Assembly: GCA_964291625.2 (NCBI GenBank)
Contig: OZ220089.1
Coordinates: forward strand, 224,001 to 288,000
Direction of reading: 5' to 3'
DNA from: Candidatus Latescibacterota bacterium
GTDB lineage: Bacteria > Latescibacterota > UBA2968 > UBA8231
Length of the DNA stretch: 64,000 nt
The notes under the pieces are model-generated. The model searched no databases, had not been told where the DNA came from, and was given only the letters and a program-made list of their open reading frames with translations. Both the position numbers and the translations under genes were made by a program. This document shows positions 8,660-18,619 of this stretch, piece after piece; the stretch's first letter is position 1; each line of letters starts with the position of its first letter.

Positions 8660-10855
8660 ATGAGCCCCCTGCCCCCGGTCCTGGCGCGTCTCCCGAGGCC
8701 GTCCGTGCAGGGCCTCCGCTGGATCGCCGCCGCGTGCCTGGCCTGCCTGTTCCTCTACGCGGCGGGCTTCGGCGCGGTCTACCTCCTGTTCAGCGACAAC
8801 CTGCCCGACATCGACGAGCTGGAGACCTTCCAGCCCAAGCGGGTCACCCGCGTCTACTCGGCCGACGGCCGCCACCTCTACGACTTCAAGCTGGAGAACC
8901 GCGAGCTGATCCGCAGCTTCGACGAGATCCCCGCGGCGATGAAGGACGCTCTGATCTCGGTCGAGGACCGCCGCTTCTTCAGCCACTGGGGCATCGACCT
9001 GCACCGCATCCTCGGGGCCGTCCTGGAAAACGTGAAGCGCAGGGACCCCACCGCCCAGGGGGCCAGCACCCTCACCCAGCAGCTGGCCCGCAACCTCTAC
9101 CGGAAGGTCGGCACGCAGCGCTCGTCGGAGTCCGTCGGGGACCTCCTCGCCACCTACGCCCGCAAGATCCGCGAGCAGATCACCGCGGTCCACGTGGAGC
9201 GGCTCTACACCAAGCGCGAGATCCTGGTGATGTACCTCAACACCGTGTTCTTCGGTTACGACGCCTATGGTCTGAAGTCGGCGGCGCGACTGTACTTCGA
9301 CAAGGAGGCCGGCGAGCTGGAGGTGGAGGAGTGCGCCATGCTCGCGGGCCTGCTGAAGGCGCCCAACAGCTACAGCCCCTTCAACCATCCGGAGAAGGCC
9401 CTCAAGCGCCGCAATCTCGTGCTGGAGGAAATGGTCAAGGCGGGGAAGCTGGAGGCCGAGGAGGCCGCGCGCCTGTCGCGCGAGCCGGCCCGCATCCGCC
9501 GCGGGCGCCGCTCCGAGACCTACGGGCTGGCCCCCTACTTCGTGGAGTTCGTGCGCCAGCAGCTGGACGCCGAGCACGGCGGCAAGCTCTACCGGGAGGG
9601 CTACTCGGTGCACACCACCCTCGACGCGGGCCTGCAACGCATCGCCGAGGAGCACTTCAACACCCAGATCGCCGCGGTCCAGGCCGAGGTCGACGCCTGG
9701 GTGTCGCGGCAGCACCCGGCACACCGTCCCGACAGCGACAGGGCCGTCGTGCAGGGCGCCTTCGTCGCCATCGATCCGGCCAGCGGCGACATCCTGGCGA
9801 TGATCGGAGGCCGGGACTTCTCGGAGAGCAAGTTCAACCGGGCCCACCAGGCCCTGCGCCAGGCGGGCTCTGCCTTCAAGCCCTTCGTCTACACCGCTGC
9901 GATCGACAACAACCGATTCCCCATCGATGTCTACGACGACAACTCCATCGTCGTCGAGGAATGGGACGGCACCATCTGGACCCCCGAGAACTACGATCAC
10001 AAGTTCAAGGGCCCCGTCACCCTCCGGCAGGGCCTCAAGGAGTCGCGCAACATCATCGCCCTGAAGCTGGCCCAGGACCTCGGCCCCGACCGGGTGGCCC
10101 AGTACGCCGAGACCATGGGCATCAGCACGCCGATCAACCCTTACTACGCCATCGGCATCGGCTCGAGCGACGTCAGGCTTCTGGAGATGGTGGCGGCCTA
10201 CGCGGTCTTTCCCAACCGCGGGATCTACGTCAGGCCGGTCCCCGTGTCCCGGATCGAGGACTCCGAGGGCAGCCTCATCTACCAGTCGAGCCCGGAGCGG
10301 CACGCGGTGCTGCGTCCGGCCGTGGCCGTGGTCATGACCGACCTGATGCGCTCGGTCATGGACGAGTTCGGCGGCACCGGCCGCTCGACGCGCTTCCGGC
10401 ACGGCTTCCGCTGGGCCGCCGCGGGCAAGACGGGGACCACCAACGACTACCGGGACGCCTGGTTCATCGGCTTCACCCCCCACCTGGTGGCCGGCGTCTG
10501 GGTCGGTGTCGACGATCCAAGCATCGGACTGGCCTCACAGGCCGGCGCCGCCGCCGCCCTGCCGGTCTGGGCCCGCTTCATGAAGCAGGTCTACGACGAG
10601 GTCGAGCCCTACCGCGGGCGCCGCCGCGACCGGTTCGAGTTCCCGGAGGCGTTGGTGGAATACCGCTCCGTGTGCATGGACACGTACAAACTGGCGACGC
10701 GCTACTGTCCGAACCAATCGAAGGAGCGGGACCCCAACGTGATCAGACGCCAGGAGGAGGACTCGGAGATCTTCATCCGCGGCGGCGCCATGCCGGAACC
10801 CTGCCCCCGCCACGGCGTCGACGACTCGGGCGGACGGCGGCGGCGGCGGTTCTGA
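8660..10855 (+). CDS. mrcA: Class A penicillin-binding protein 1A (transglycosylase/transpeptidase)
   Basis: EDRRFFSHWG, QGASTLTQQL, RKIRE, SAFK (SxxK), SRN and KTGT motifs. Confidence 0.93.
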   Translation: MSPLPPVLARLPRPSVQGLRWIAAACLACLFLYAAGFGAVYLLFSDNLPDIDELETFQPKRVTRVYSADGRHLYDFKLENRELIRSFDEIPAAMKDALISVEDRRFFSHWGIDLHRILGAVLENVKRRDPTAQGASTLTQQLARNLYRKVGTQRSSESVGDLLATYARKIREQITAVHVERLYTKREILVMYLNTVFFGYDAYGLKSAARLYFDKEAGELEVEECAMLAGLLKAPNSYSPFNHPEKALKRRNLVLEEMVKAGKLEAEEAARLSREPARIRRGRRSETYGLAPYFVEFVRQQLDAEHGGKLYREGYSVHTTLDAGLQRIAEEHFNTQIAAVQAEVDAWVSRQHPAHRPDSDRAVVQGAFVAIDPASGDILAMIGGRDFSESKFNRAHQALRQAGSAFKPFVYTAAIDNNRFPIDVYDDNSIVVEEWDGTIWTPENYDHKFKGPVTLRQGLKESRNIIALKLAQDLGPDRVAQYAETMGISTPINPYYAIGIGSSDVRLLEMVAAYAVFPNRGIYVRPVPVSRIEDSEGSLIYQSSPERHAVLRPAVAVVMTDLMRSVMDEFGGTGRSTRFRHGFRWAAAGKTGTTNDYRDAWFIGFTPHLVAGVWVGVDDPSIGLASQAGAAAALPVWARFMKQVYDEVEPYRGRRRDRFEFPEALVEYRSVCMDTYKLATRYCPNQSKERDPNVIRRQEEDSEIFIRGGAMPEPCPRHGVDDSGGRRRRRF

Positions 10856-10865
10856 GCCGAGGGGG

Positions 10866-12572
10866 TCAGGGAGCGAAGAAGATGAACAGCAGGCCGCCCA
10901 CGATCGCCCCGGACAGGCCGAGTTCCAGGTAGCGGTGGTCCGGCTCGATCCGTGACTGGGGGAATCCATCGCCGGAGCTCAGCCAGCCGGCCGGATGCGA
11001 GACGGCCGGATCCCTGATGCGGCCCTCCAGCCGATGGACCCACAGCACCCGCTCGCCGGCGTCCTCGAGGCGCAGGTAGACGACGGCGCGGGCCTCGCGC
11101 TCCAGGGCGCCCCCGAAGGGTCCGAGGGACAGTCCCCCCGAGCTGTAGACGACGCGGGCGTCGGCGACGCGGTAGCGCAGCACGTGGCGGGCGCCGTCGG
11201 TCAGCACGCGCACCCCCCGACTCAGCAGGCCCCTTGTCAGGAGGCCTTCCACGACCCAGTCGGCATCGTCCTCCTCGGCGCTGATCAGACTCACCGTGGC
11301 GCCCCGGGCCAAGGGGATGTCGTCGAGGACGCTCTCCAACTCGGCGGCCAGTCCCCGGTCGACGAGTTCCAGGTCGGTGACCTCCCCCCGCGGCCCTCCC
11401 CCGGGCCCGTCCGGGGCCGAGACCCGCACCACCGAGAAACCGAGGTCGACGGAGCCCTCGCGGCCCGGAGGCCGGAAGGCCCCGGTCCAGGCGAAGGGTC
11501 CGGTGCCGGTTGGGGTCAGGTCCAGCTCCACCGACCGGTCCTGCCCCGCACCCAGCTCTCCGGGCCCGGGAACCCGCACCTCCACGGCGTCCTCCTCGAG
11601 GTCGACCTGCGCCCCGGCAACCGCGGCAGCGGCCTCTTGGGCCTCGAAGCCGCCCGAGGCCCGGGCGCCGAGCTCCTCGTAGGGGATCGCCGCGGGGCCC
11701 GGATTCGACCACACCAGCCTCAGCCGGAGGGGTTCGCCCCGCACCGCGCCACCCTCGGCCACCCGCACCTCGAATTCGGGCACCGGCCGCACCCCCAGGG
11801 GCGACACCGCCACCGGCGAGGCCCGGAGTCCGCCGCCCTCGGCGCGGATCACCAGGGGCAGGCCGCCGGCCGCGTCCGGCGCCAGACGGACCTGCCAGCG
11901 GTGCTCCGAGGCCTCTCCCGCCCCGACCGGCGGCCCCGGGTCGGCCTCGGCGGCGGTGAGGCCCGCCGGCCAGTCCACCGCCACCGCTTCGACGGCGCGC
12001 TCGTCTTCGTTGGTCACGGCCAGGACCAGCTCCACATCCTCGCCGGGGTAGGCCTCCAGCGGGCTCAGGGCAGCGCGCAGACGCAGGGGCGGCACGACGG
12101 TCAGCACCGCCCGCGCGCGGTGGGCCTCCTCCCCCGGGGTGTCTACGTTGGAGGACAGGGTCGCCTCCACCGGGATCTGCCCGGTCGAGGCGGCGCGCAG
12201 GACCACCGTGAGGGTGTCGGTGGACCTCTCGCCGACAGGATGCCCGGTGTAGTCGAGGTCGACGCGGCCGTGCGCGAACCCGGCGCGCCCCAGGGCGCAG
12301 ACGGCGGATTCGACCTGCACGCTCTCGTGAGGGAAGGAGACCGCCGCTCCGATGATCGCCTCCCCGTCCCCGGGGAAGAGGTCGAGGACAAGCTCCGCCT
12401 GCTGCTCGAGTCCGGGGCCGGCCACCGGGGCCTGGAACCTGGCCGTCAGGCTCGACCGGGCCTCGGCCGCGCAGGCCGCCGCGGCGAGGATCAGGAGAAT
12501 GGAAACGCCCGTCCCGCGGGCCCTGGGAAGGGCCGCGAGAGGGCCTTGGAGGTATGTGTGCAATTCGCCCAA
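10866..12572 (-). CDS. Hypothetical exported protein with beta-rich (Ig-like) repeats and C-terminal TM anchor
   Basis: Signal-like segment ILLILAAAACAAEA; beta-strand-rich repeats (YPGEDVELVLAVTN, RGEPLRLRLVWSN); C-terminal hydrophobic helix. Start codon uncertain. Confidence 0.65.
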   Translation of the reverse strand: MGELHTYLQGPLAALPRARGTGVSILLILAAAACAAEARSSLTARFQAPVAGPGLEQQAELVLDLFPGDGEAIIGAAVSFPHESVQVESAVCALGRAGFAHGRVDLDYTGHPVGERSTDTLTVVLRAASTGQIPVEATLSSNVDTPGEEAHRARAVLTVVPPLRLRAALSPLEAYPGEDVELVLAVTNEDERAVEAVAVDWPAGLTAAEADPGPPVGAGEASEHRWQVRLAPDAAGGLPLVIRAEGGGLRASPVAVSPLGVRPVPEFEVRVAEGGAVRGEPLRLRLVWSNPGPAAIPYEELGARASGGFEAQEAAAAVAGAQVDLEEDAVEVRVPGPGELGAGQDRSVELDLTPTGTGPFAWTGAFRPPGREGSVDLGFSVVRVSAPDGPGGGPRGEVTDLELVDRGLAAELESVLDDIPLARGATVSLISAEEDDADWVVEGLLTRGLLSRGVRVLTDGARHVLRYRVADARVVYSSGGLSLGPFGGALEREARAVVYLRLEDAGERVLWVHRLEGRIRDPAVSHPAGWLSSGDGFPQSRIEPDHRYLELGLSGAIVGGLLFIFFAP

Positions 12573-12660
12573 CCTGCTTTTCCTGCTTGTACTTGCGGAG
12601 ATCGGTAGAGTTACGGGCGTGGTTCGCGGCTGTCAAGACACGGGGGCCGCAGGGATCACC

Positions 12661-12688
12661 TTGACGCCTCCCCGGATGGGGGTAGCTT
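12661..12688 (+). promoter_or_regulatory. Putative sigma70 promoter for the ytfI/ytfJ-like pair
   Basis: TTGACG (12661-12666), N16, TAGCTT (12683-12688). A divergent TTGACA lies on the minus strand at 12636-12631. Confidence 0.45.
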
Positions 12689-12770
12689 CTCGCATGAGGA
12701 CTGAGGAACTCTCGCCGAGGTTCCGCGTTGCCGCTCCCGGGGGTGAGCCGTCATCTGGCCGGATCTCCTG

Positions 12771-13481
12771 ATGCTGTTGGCGGCCGGGCTCGCACTGGCC
12801 GCCATCGCCTTTCTGCTGCTCCCGGTCGTGGTCGCCGTCACCGGCGCGCGGCGGCGCGAGGACGGCGGTTTCGACATGAGCGCCCAGGCGGCGGTGTGGG
12901 CCGGGTTGCTCGGTGTCCGACTGCGTCGGCGCGATCCCTCGTGGGAGCTGGTGACCACCCTCGCCGGGCGTGCCGTCGGCCCGGGGATGCGGCTGGGGCA
13001 AGCGGAGGTCCAGGCCGGGGCGGCATGCCTCCCCGCCGCCGAAGCCCCGGCGGCTCCCGACGGCGCCGGAGGGCGAGGGCCGCGGATCGCCGCAGCCGGC
13101 CTCCGCGAGCGCCTCCGGTCCCAGTCCCCCCTCGCCAGGCCGGCGCTACGCCTGGTGCGCTCCCTGCCCGGCGCCTTCCGCCTTCGCCGGATGCGCCTGG
13201 ACGGCGTCGTCGGCCTTGCCGACCCCGAGGCCACGGGCCGGCTCTTCGGCCTCGTCCATGCCCTCGCGCCGGCGGCGCCGGAGAGAGTGGCCCTGACCCT
13301 CACCCCCGACTTCACCCACCCCTGTATCCACGGCCGCGCCGAACTCCGACTGCACCTCCGGCTGGCGCGGCTGCTCTACATGGCCGCACGCTTCGGCCTC
13401 GCCACCGGACGGGTCCGGGCAGCGGCCCGGCTGCGGTCCTGGCTGGCGGCCCGGGGCGCCGGACGGAAAGGCAACCGATGA
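12771..13481 (+). CDS. DUF2953-like (YtfI-like) membrane protein
   Basis: N-terminal TM; GLADPEATGRLFG...LTPDF motif; directly precedes the YtfJ homolog. Confidence 0.7.
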   Translation: MLLAAGLALAAIAFLLLPVVVAVTGARRREDGGFDMSAQAAVWAGLLGVRLRRRDPSWELVTTLAGRAVGPGMRLGQAEVQAGAACLPAAEAPAAPDGAGGRGPRIAAAGLRERLRSQSPLARPALRLVRSLPGAFRLRRMRLDGVVGLADPEATGRLFGLVHALAPAAPERVALTLTPDFTHPCIHGRAELRLHLRLARLLYMAARFGLATGRVRAAARLRSWLAARGAGRKGNR

Positions 13482-13879
13482 CATCCTCCGTGGAGGCCCT
13501 GATCGAGCGGGTCCTGGGAGAGCTGCACACCATCGTCCAGACCCGCACCGTCGTCGGTGAGCCGGTCACGGCCGGGGACGTAACCCTGATCCCGGTCTCC
13601 AGGATCTCCCTGGGATTCGGCGCCGGAGGCGGCCAGGAGGGCAGCGGCAGGAGCGGCACCGGCGGCGGCGCCTCGGTGGAGCCCATCGCTTTCGTCGTCA
13701 TCGACGCCAGGGGCAAGGTGCAGGTCCTGACGCTGAAGGAGAAGGAGGTCAGCTGGGGCCAGCTCGTGGAGCTGGTGCCCGAAGCCGTCTCCAAGGTCCG
13801 GGATTTCGTCGAGCGCCGCCGCGGCCAGGACGAGGAAGAAGGGGGGGAGGACGACGTGGACGAGGCGAAGGACCGCTGA
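13478..13879 (+). CDS. ytfJ: GerW/YtfJ family protein
   Basis: ATGA overlap; TVVGEPV...LIPVSRISLGFGAGGG...GTGGGASVEPIAFVVI signature. Confidence 0.88.
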   Translation: MTSSVEALIERVLGELHTIVQTRTVVGEPVTAGDVTLIPVSRISLGFGAGGGQEGSGRSGTGGGASVEPIAFVVIDARGKVQVLTLKEKEVSWGQLVELVPEAVSKVRDFVERRRGQDEEEGGEDDVDEAKDR

Positions 13880-13908
13880 TACGCCCTGCAGGGCCTGGCC
13901 CTCGACAG

Positions 13909-14415
13909 CTACCGGGCGTCCCGGGGAAAGAGGCGGAAGCGGCCGTCGAGGAGCAGATGGGTGTACCAGCCGGCCAGGGTCGCCCCCAGCAGCACGAGGT
14001 CGGCGGGCGGGATCGAGGCGCCGCCGCTCGCCCACGCCGACGCCAGGTCCCCTCGCCACCACAGGCATCCCGCCCCCAGCGCGCCGGTGACGAGGACGGG
14101 CGTCAGGCGACCGTGAGTCCAGCCGCGGTGGTGGTCGACGAGGGGCAGCGTCGAGAGCACGGCCAGGAGGGTTGCCATCTGCCAGAGGCCGTTCCACGCC
14201 AGCCACAGCAACGCCGCCAGCACCCCCCGGTAGAACCACCGCCGCGGCAGCGAATCGGTGTCGACATCCGGAAAGAGGGCGAAGAACAGGGTGGTTGCGA
14301 AGACCGCCCACCACACCGGATCCGCGGCGCCGGGGATGGCGCCGGCGGCCCCCGCCGCCCCGGCCACGGCGGCGCCGGCGAGGCAGCCCCCGGCCAGGTG
14401 CCCGGCCGCCTTCAC
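13909..14415 (-). CDS. Membrane-bound metal-dependent hydrolase (YdjM-like)
   Basis: GTG at 14415 overlaps the rlmN stop; GH, LFPDVDT, HHRGWTH and HLLLD motifs. Confidence 0.8.
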   Translation of the reverse strand: MKAAGHLAGGCLAGAAVAGAAGAAGAIPGAADPVWWAVFATTLFFALFPDVDTDSLPRRWFYRGVLAALLWLAWNGLWQMATLLAVLSTLPLVDHHRGWTHGRLTPVLVTGALGAGCLWWRGDLASAWASGGASIPPADLVLLGATLAGWYTHLLLDGRFRLFPRDAR

Positions 14416-15490
14416 GCGGGGCGGCGGTAGAGCTGCCCGCAGGCCGCGTCGATGTCGCGGCCCCGGCTCTCCCGCAGGCGGACGGTCCGCTTCGTCCGCG
14501 ATTCCAGGCGGCGCCGGAAGGCCTCGATCCGCTTCCTCCCGGGCCTGTGAAAGACCGGCGCCTCCGGGTCCCCGGGGGCCAGCTCGTTGTAGGGGATCAG
14601 GTTGATCTTGCAGGGCACCTCGGCCGTCAGCTCCGCCAGGCGCACGGCGTCTTCCTCGGTGTCGGTGACGCCGCGCAACAGCACGTACTCGAAGGTGACC
14701 CTGCGGCCCTGCCGGTCGAAGTAGTAGCGCGCCGCCTCCAGCAGGTCGGCGATGTTCCACTTGCGGTTGATCGGCATCAGCCCCTCGCGGACCTCGTCGG
14801 TGGTGGCGTTGAGGGAGATCGCCAGGCCGACGTTGAGGTTGTCCTCGGCCAGCCGGCGGATCCCCGGCAGGTACCCCGCCGTGGAGACGGTGATGCGCCG
14901 GCCACCGACGGAGGCGCCCCCGGGCCGCTGGATCAGCCTCAGGGCGGTGGTCACGGCGTCGTAGTTCAGCAGGGGTTCCCCCATGCCCATCATGACGACG
15001 TTGGTGATCCGGCCGAGGCCTTCGGCGGCGGCGGAGGCGTGGACCTGCAGGAGCTGGTCCACGATCTGCGCCGCCGTCAGGTTGCGGACGAAACCCATGC
15101 GCCCCGTGGCGCAGAAACTGCAGTCGAGGGGGCAGCCCACCTGGGAGGACAGGCAGAGAGTGCGGCGCCGGCCGTCGAGGATGAGGACCGACTCGAACTG
15201 GGCCCCCCGCCATCGCCGAAGATGAACTTCACCGCCATCCCCGTACCCGAATCGCGGCGCTCCAGGAGCTGCAGGCGGGTCACGCGGGCCCCGGCCTCGG
15301 CCAGGGACCGGCGCAGGCGGAGGGGCAGGTCGGACATCGACTCCAGGCGGGTCTCCCCGCGCCCGTGGACCCAGGCGAAGAGCTGGTCTCCCCGGTAGGC
15401 GGGCTCCCCCATCTCCACGGCCAGTTGCCGCAGCTGCTCCGGGAGCAGGCCCTTGAGATCGAGGGCCTCCGCGGGCCGGGAAAGAGTCAT
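14412..15490 (-). CDS. rlmN: Dual-specificity RNA methyltransferase RlmN, split by one frameshift near 15203-15208
   Basis: N-terminal frame MTLSRPAEALDLKGL...YRGDQLFAWVH...KFIFGDG. C-terminal frame QFESVLI...LCLSSQVGCPLDCSFCATG, MGMGEP, DIDAACGQL. The frame switch falls at a C6 run on the + strand. Confidence 0.9.
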
Positions 15491-15536
15491 ACCGAGACCA
15501 CGGGAGGGAGGGCGGAAAACCGGTGGCTGAGGTGGC

Positions 15537-15588
15537 TTGACGGACCCATGGCGCCTGGTTAGCATAGGGGGCACCCCCATATGGTCAA
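15537..15588. promoter_or_regulatory. Overlapping divergent sigma70-type promoters (M23 gene and rlmN)
   Basis: Plus strand: TTGACG (15537-42), N17, TAGCAT (15560-65). Minus strand: TTGACC (15588-83), N16, TATGCT (15566-61). Confidence 0.55.
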
Positions 15589-15630
15589 GCGCGGCCCCCT
15601 TCCGCGTCTTCTCCCGACTACTGGAGTCGC

Positions 15631-16935
15631 ATGAGCCTGCCGCCGCGTTCTTCCGTGGGGTTCTGGGGTTTCCTCACCGCTCTCACCGCCCTGACTTTCG
15701 TGCGCATCGACCTTCATGCGCGCCCCTCCGCCGTCTCCGGGCCCGGCGAGGGCTTGGCCGTGGTGCAGGCGGCCGTCGCCCCCGTCGCGGTCAGTCTCGC
15801 GGCGCCCAAGCCGCACCGGCACGTCATCGCCGACACCCTGGGGCCGGACGAATCGATCTACCTGGCCCTCAAGCGGCACCGCGTCTCCGACCTGCAGATC
15901 ACCCTCCTGAGTACCGCCTTGTCCCCGGTCCTCCAGGTGCGCAAAGACCCGAAGCCGGGCGACTTCTTCCGGCTGGAGCTGGACAGCCTGCACGCCGTGG
16001 CCCGCTTCGAGTACACCCCGGTGAAGGCGCCGGACAGGCCCGTGCTGGTGGAGCGCCAGGCGGAAGAACTGGTCGCCCGGCGGTGGCAGCGCCCGGTGAC
16101 GGAGACCATCGAGACCCTCCGGGTCTTCATCGAGGACAACCTGTTCAACGCCATCGCTGCCACCGGGGAGAACGACGCCCTCACCGACTTGGTGGTGGAC
16201 GACGTCTTCGGCTCGGTCCTCGACTTCCACACGGTTCCCCGCCACGGCGACCGCCTCGGCCTGGTCTTCACGCGCGAGTCGGTGGACGGCCGGTTCCTGC
16301 GCTACGGGAAGATCCTCATGGCCCTCTACGAGGGCGAGTCCTTCTCCCGCGTCGGCGTCTACTACGAGGACCCCGCCGGCGGCGGCAACTACTACGACGA
16401 ATCCGGCGAGTCCCTCGAGCGCATGTTCCTCCTCAAGCCCATGTCCTTCCGGCGAATCAGCTCGCCCTTCTCGCGCCGCCGCTTCCACCCCATCCTCAAG
16501 CGCCACCAGCCCCACCTCGGCACCGACTACGCCGCCGCCCCCGGCACGCCCGTCTGGTCAACGGCCCACGGCGTGGTGACCCATGCGGGCTGGAACGGCG
16601 GCTACGGCAAGATGGTCGAGATCAAGCACGCCAACGGCTACAGGACGCGCTACGCCCACCTGAGCCGCATCCTGGTGCGCAAGGGGCAGCGGGTGAGCAA
16701 GTCGGACCACGTGGGCCACGTGGGCGCCACTGGCCGAGCCACCGGGCCCCACCTCCACTACGAGCTCATCCAGAACGGGCGTCACATCAACCCGTCGAGC
16801 GTCAACGGCGGCGACGGGCGTCCCCTGGCCGCCGAGTACCGGCCCGCCTTCCGGAAGCACTACCGAACCCTTCGGGAGCGTCTCGACAAGGCCGCCGGCG
16901 CCATGGGGCCCCTCCTGGCCGCCAAGGGTCCTTGA
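15631..16935 (+). CDS. M23 family peptidoglycan DD-metalloendopeptidase (MepM-like)
   Basis: ISSPF.RRFHPIL, HLGTDYAA, YAHLS and ATGPHLHYE motifs; N-terminal TM. Confidence 0.92.
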   Translation: MSLPPRSSVGFWGFLTALTALTFVRIDLHARPSAVSGPGEGLAVVQAAVAPVAVSLAAPKPHRHVIADTLGPDESIYLALKRHRVSDLQITLLSTALSPVLQVRKDPKPGDFFRLELDSLHAVARFEYTPVKAPDRPVLVERQAEELVARRWQRPVTETIETLRVFIEDNLFNAIAATGENDALTDLVVDDVFGSVLDFHTVPRHGDRLGLVFTRESVDGRFLRYGKILMALYEGESFSRVGVYYEDPAGGGNYYDESGESLERMFLLKPMSFRRISSPFSRRRFHPILKRHQPHLGTDYAAAPGTPVWSTAHGVVTHAGWNGGYGKMVEIKHANGYRTRYAHLSRILVRKGQRVSKSDHVGHVGATGRATGPHLHYELIQNGRHINPSSVNGGDGRPLAAEYRPAFRKHYRTLRERLDKAAGAMGPLLAAKGP

Positions 16936-17009
16936 CAGCCGGGGGAGGGGCCCTTGACTTTCGCCCTCCGACCTCCCCGCCGCACTGCAACGCCGGGACC
17001 CGACTCCAA

Positions 17010-17420
17010 GTGGACCAGGACTTCGACAAGCTGGAAGAGCTGGTCGACCGGGACCGCCGCTACAAGCAGGCCGCCTACCTCTTCGTGCACGACGCCCTGC
17101 AGCACACCGTGGAGAAGCTCGGCAAGGCCGATCTGCCCCGCGACCAGCGGAACGTATCCGGACGCGACCTGGCCTTCGGCATCAGCGAGCACGCCCTGGA
17201 CCGTTTCGGGCCCCTCGCCCGCTCCGTCTTCGAGCACTGGGGCATCCGCAAGACCCGCGACTTCGGAGAGATCGTCTTCAACCTGGTGGAGATCCAGAGT
17301 CTGAGGACCACCGAGGACGACCGCATCGAGGACTTCGACGATGTCTTCGACCTCGACGAGGAACTGGACTGGAAGCGCCGGCGGGCGGAGTTCCGCCGCC
17401 CACGGACCTCCGGCACGTGA
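17010..17420 (+). CDS. Minf_1886-like conserved protein
   Basis: GTG at 17010; DRRYKQAAYLFV...NVSGRDL...FGPLARSVFEHWGI..TRDFGEIVFNLV...DF signature. Confidence 0.75.
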   Translation: MDQDFDKLEELVDRDRRYKQAAYLFVHDALQHTVEKLGKADLPRDQRNVSGRDLAFGISEHALDRFGPLARSVFEHWGIRKTRDFGEIVFNLVEIQSLRTTEDDRIEDFDDVFDLDEELDWKRRRAEFRRPRTSGT

Positions 17421-18619
17421 CCACCGCCTACTTCGACTGTCTCTCCGGCGTCAGCGGCGACATGGTCCTCGGCGCCGTGGTCGACGCGGGCCTCGAGCCG
17501 GACCGCTTGCAGCAGGAGGTCGACCGCCTCGCCGTGGGCGCGCGCCTGCGCTGCGAGAGCGTCAGCCGCTGCGGTCTGCGGGCCACCCGGGTGCGCGTGG
17601 AGATCGACGGCCAGGCGCCGGAGCAGGAGCACCATGTCGACCCCGGTCATCCACCGCACACCCACCTGAAGGATCTGCTCGCCCGAATCGACGGCAGCGC
17701 TCTCGCCGAGGCCGACAAGGCCTCGGCGCGCCGGGTCTTCCGCCGCCTGGCCGAGGCCGAGGCCGAGGTCCACGGCGTCGACGTGGAGTCCGTCGGCCTC
17801 CACGAGGCGGGCAGCCTCGACGCCGTCGTCGACATCGCCGGAGCCGTCGCCGGCCTGCGGCTCCTCGGGGTGACACGGGTGTACTCCTCCGCCCTGCACT
17901 GCGGGACCGGCACCGTGGAGTGCGCCCACGGACGCTACCCCCTTCCGGCGCCCGGCGTCCTCGCCCTGTGCCGGGGAGTTCCCCTGGTGCAGACCGATCT
18001 GCAGGCCGAGCTCGTAACCCCCACGGGAGCCGCCCTGATCACGACCCTGGCCGAAGGCTTCGGTCCGGCGCCGGCCATGCGTCTCGACACCGTCGGCTAC
18101 GGCGCCGGCGCCCGCGACCTTGAGCAGGCCCCCAACGTCCTGCGCCTCAGGCTGTCGGACCCGGCGGCGGCGGCCGGCGGGCAACGCTGCGTCGTGCTCG
18201 AGGCCAACGTTGACGACATGAACCCCGAGGTCTACGGCTACCTCTTCGAGCGCCTCCTCGAGGCCGGAGCCCGAGATCTCTACGTCACCCCGGTGCTGAT
18301 GAAGAAGAACCGCCCCGGCCACCTGCTCAGCGTCCTCGCCGACCCGGCCCACCTCGAGGCTGTCTCCGACGTCGTCCTCGGTGAGACCACCAGCCTCGGC
18401 GTGCGCCACTACGAGGTGGAACGCCGCGTGCTGGAGCGTTCCACCCTCTCGGTGGAGACCGAGTTCGGCCCGGTGCGCGTCAAGGTGGCCCGCCTGAACG
18501 GCCGGCGGCGGGTGGCCCCCGAGTACGAGGACTGCGCCGGACTGGCGCGGAGCCGCCGCGTCCCCATCCTCAGCGTGTACGGGGCCGCGGTCTCCGCCGC
18601 CTCGGAGGAACTCCCATGA
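17417..18619 (+). CDS. larC: Nickel pincer cofactor biosynthesis protein LarC
   Basis: YFDCLSGVSGDM, AEAEVHG, HEAG.LD..VDI, ELVTPTGAA, EANVDDM, MKKNRPG and PEYEDC motifs. Confidence 0.93.
   Translation: MTTAYFDCLSGVSGDMVLGAVVDAGLEPDRLQQEVDRLAVGARLRCESVSRCGLRATRVRVEIDGQAPEQEHHVDPGHPPHTHLKDLLARIDGSALAEADKASARRVFRRLAEAEAEVHGVDVESVGLHEAGSLDAVVDIAGAVAGLRLLGVTRVYSSALHCGTGTVECAHGRYPLPAPGVLALCRGVPLVQTDLQAELVTPTGAALITTLAEGFGPAPAMRLDTVGYGAGARDLEQAPNVLRLRLSDPAAAAGGQRCVVLEANVDDMNPEVYGYLFERLLEAGARDLYVTPVLMKKNRPGHLLSVLADPAHLEAVSDVVLGETTSLGVRHYEVERRVLERSTLSVETEFGPVRVKVARLNGRRRVAPEYEDCAGLARSRRVPILSVYGAAVSAASEELP

Noticed and set aside
13478-13879. GerW/YtfJ as evidence of sporulation
   Set aside because: The family is widespread in non-sporulating organisms, and no sporulation genes are present.
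14412-15490. Radical SAM enzyme as a partner maturase for the PqqD-like protein
   Set aside because: Its motifs (MGMGEP, DIDAACGQL) identify RlmN. It has no SPASM domain and lies about 25 kb away.
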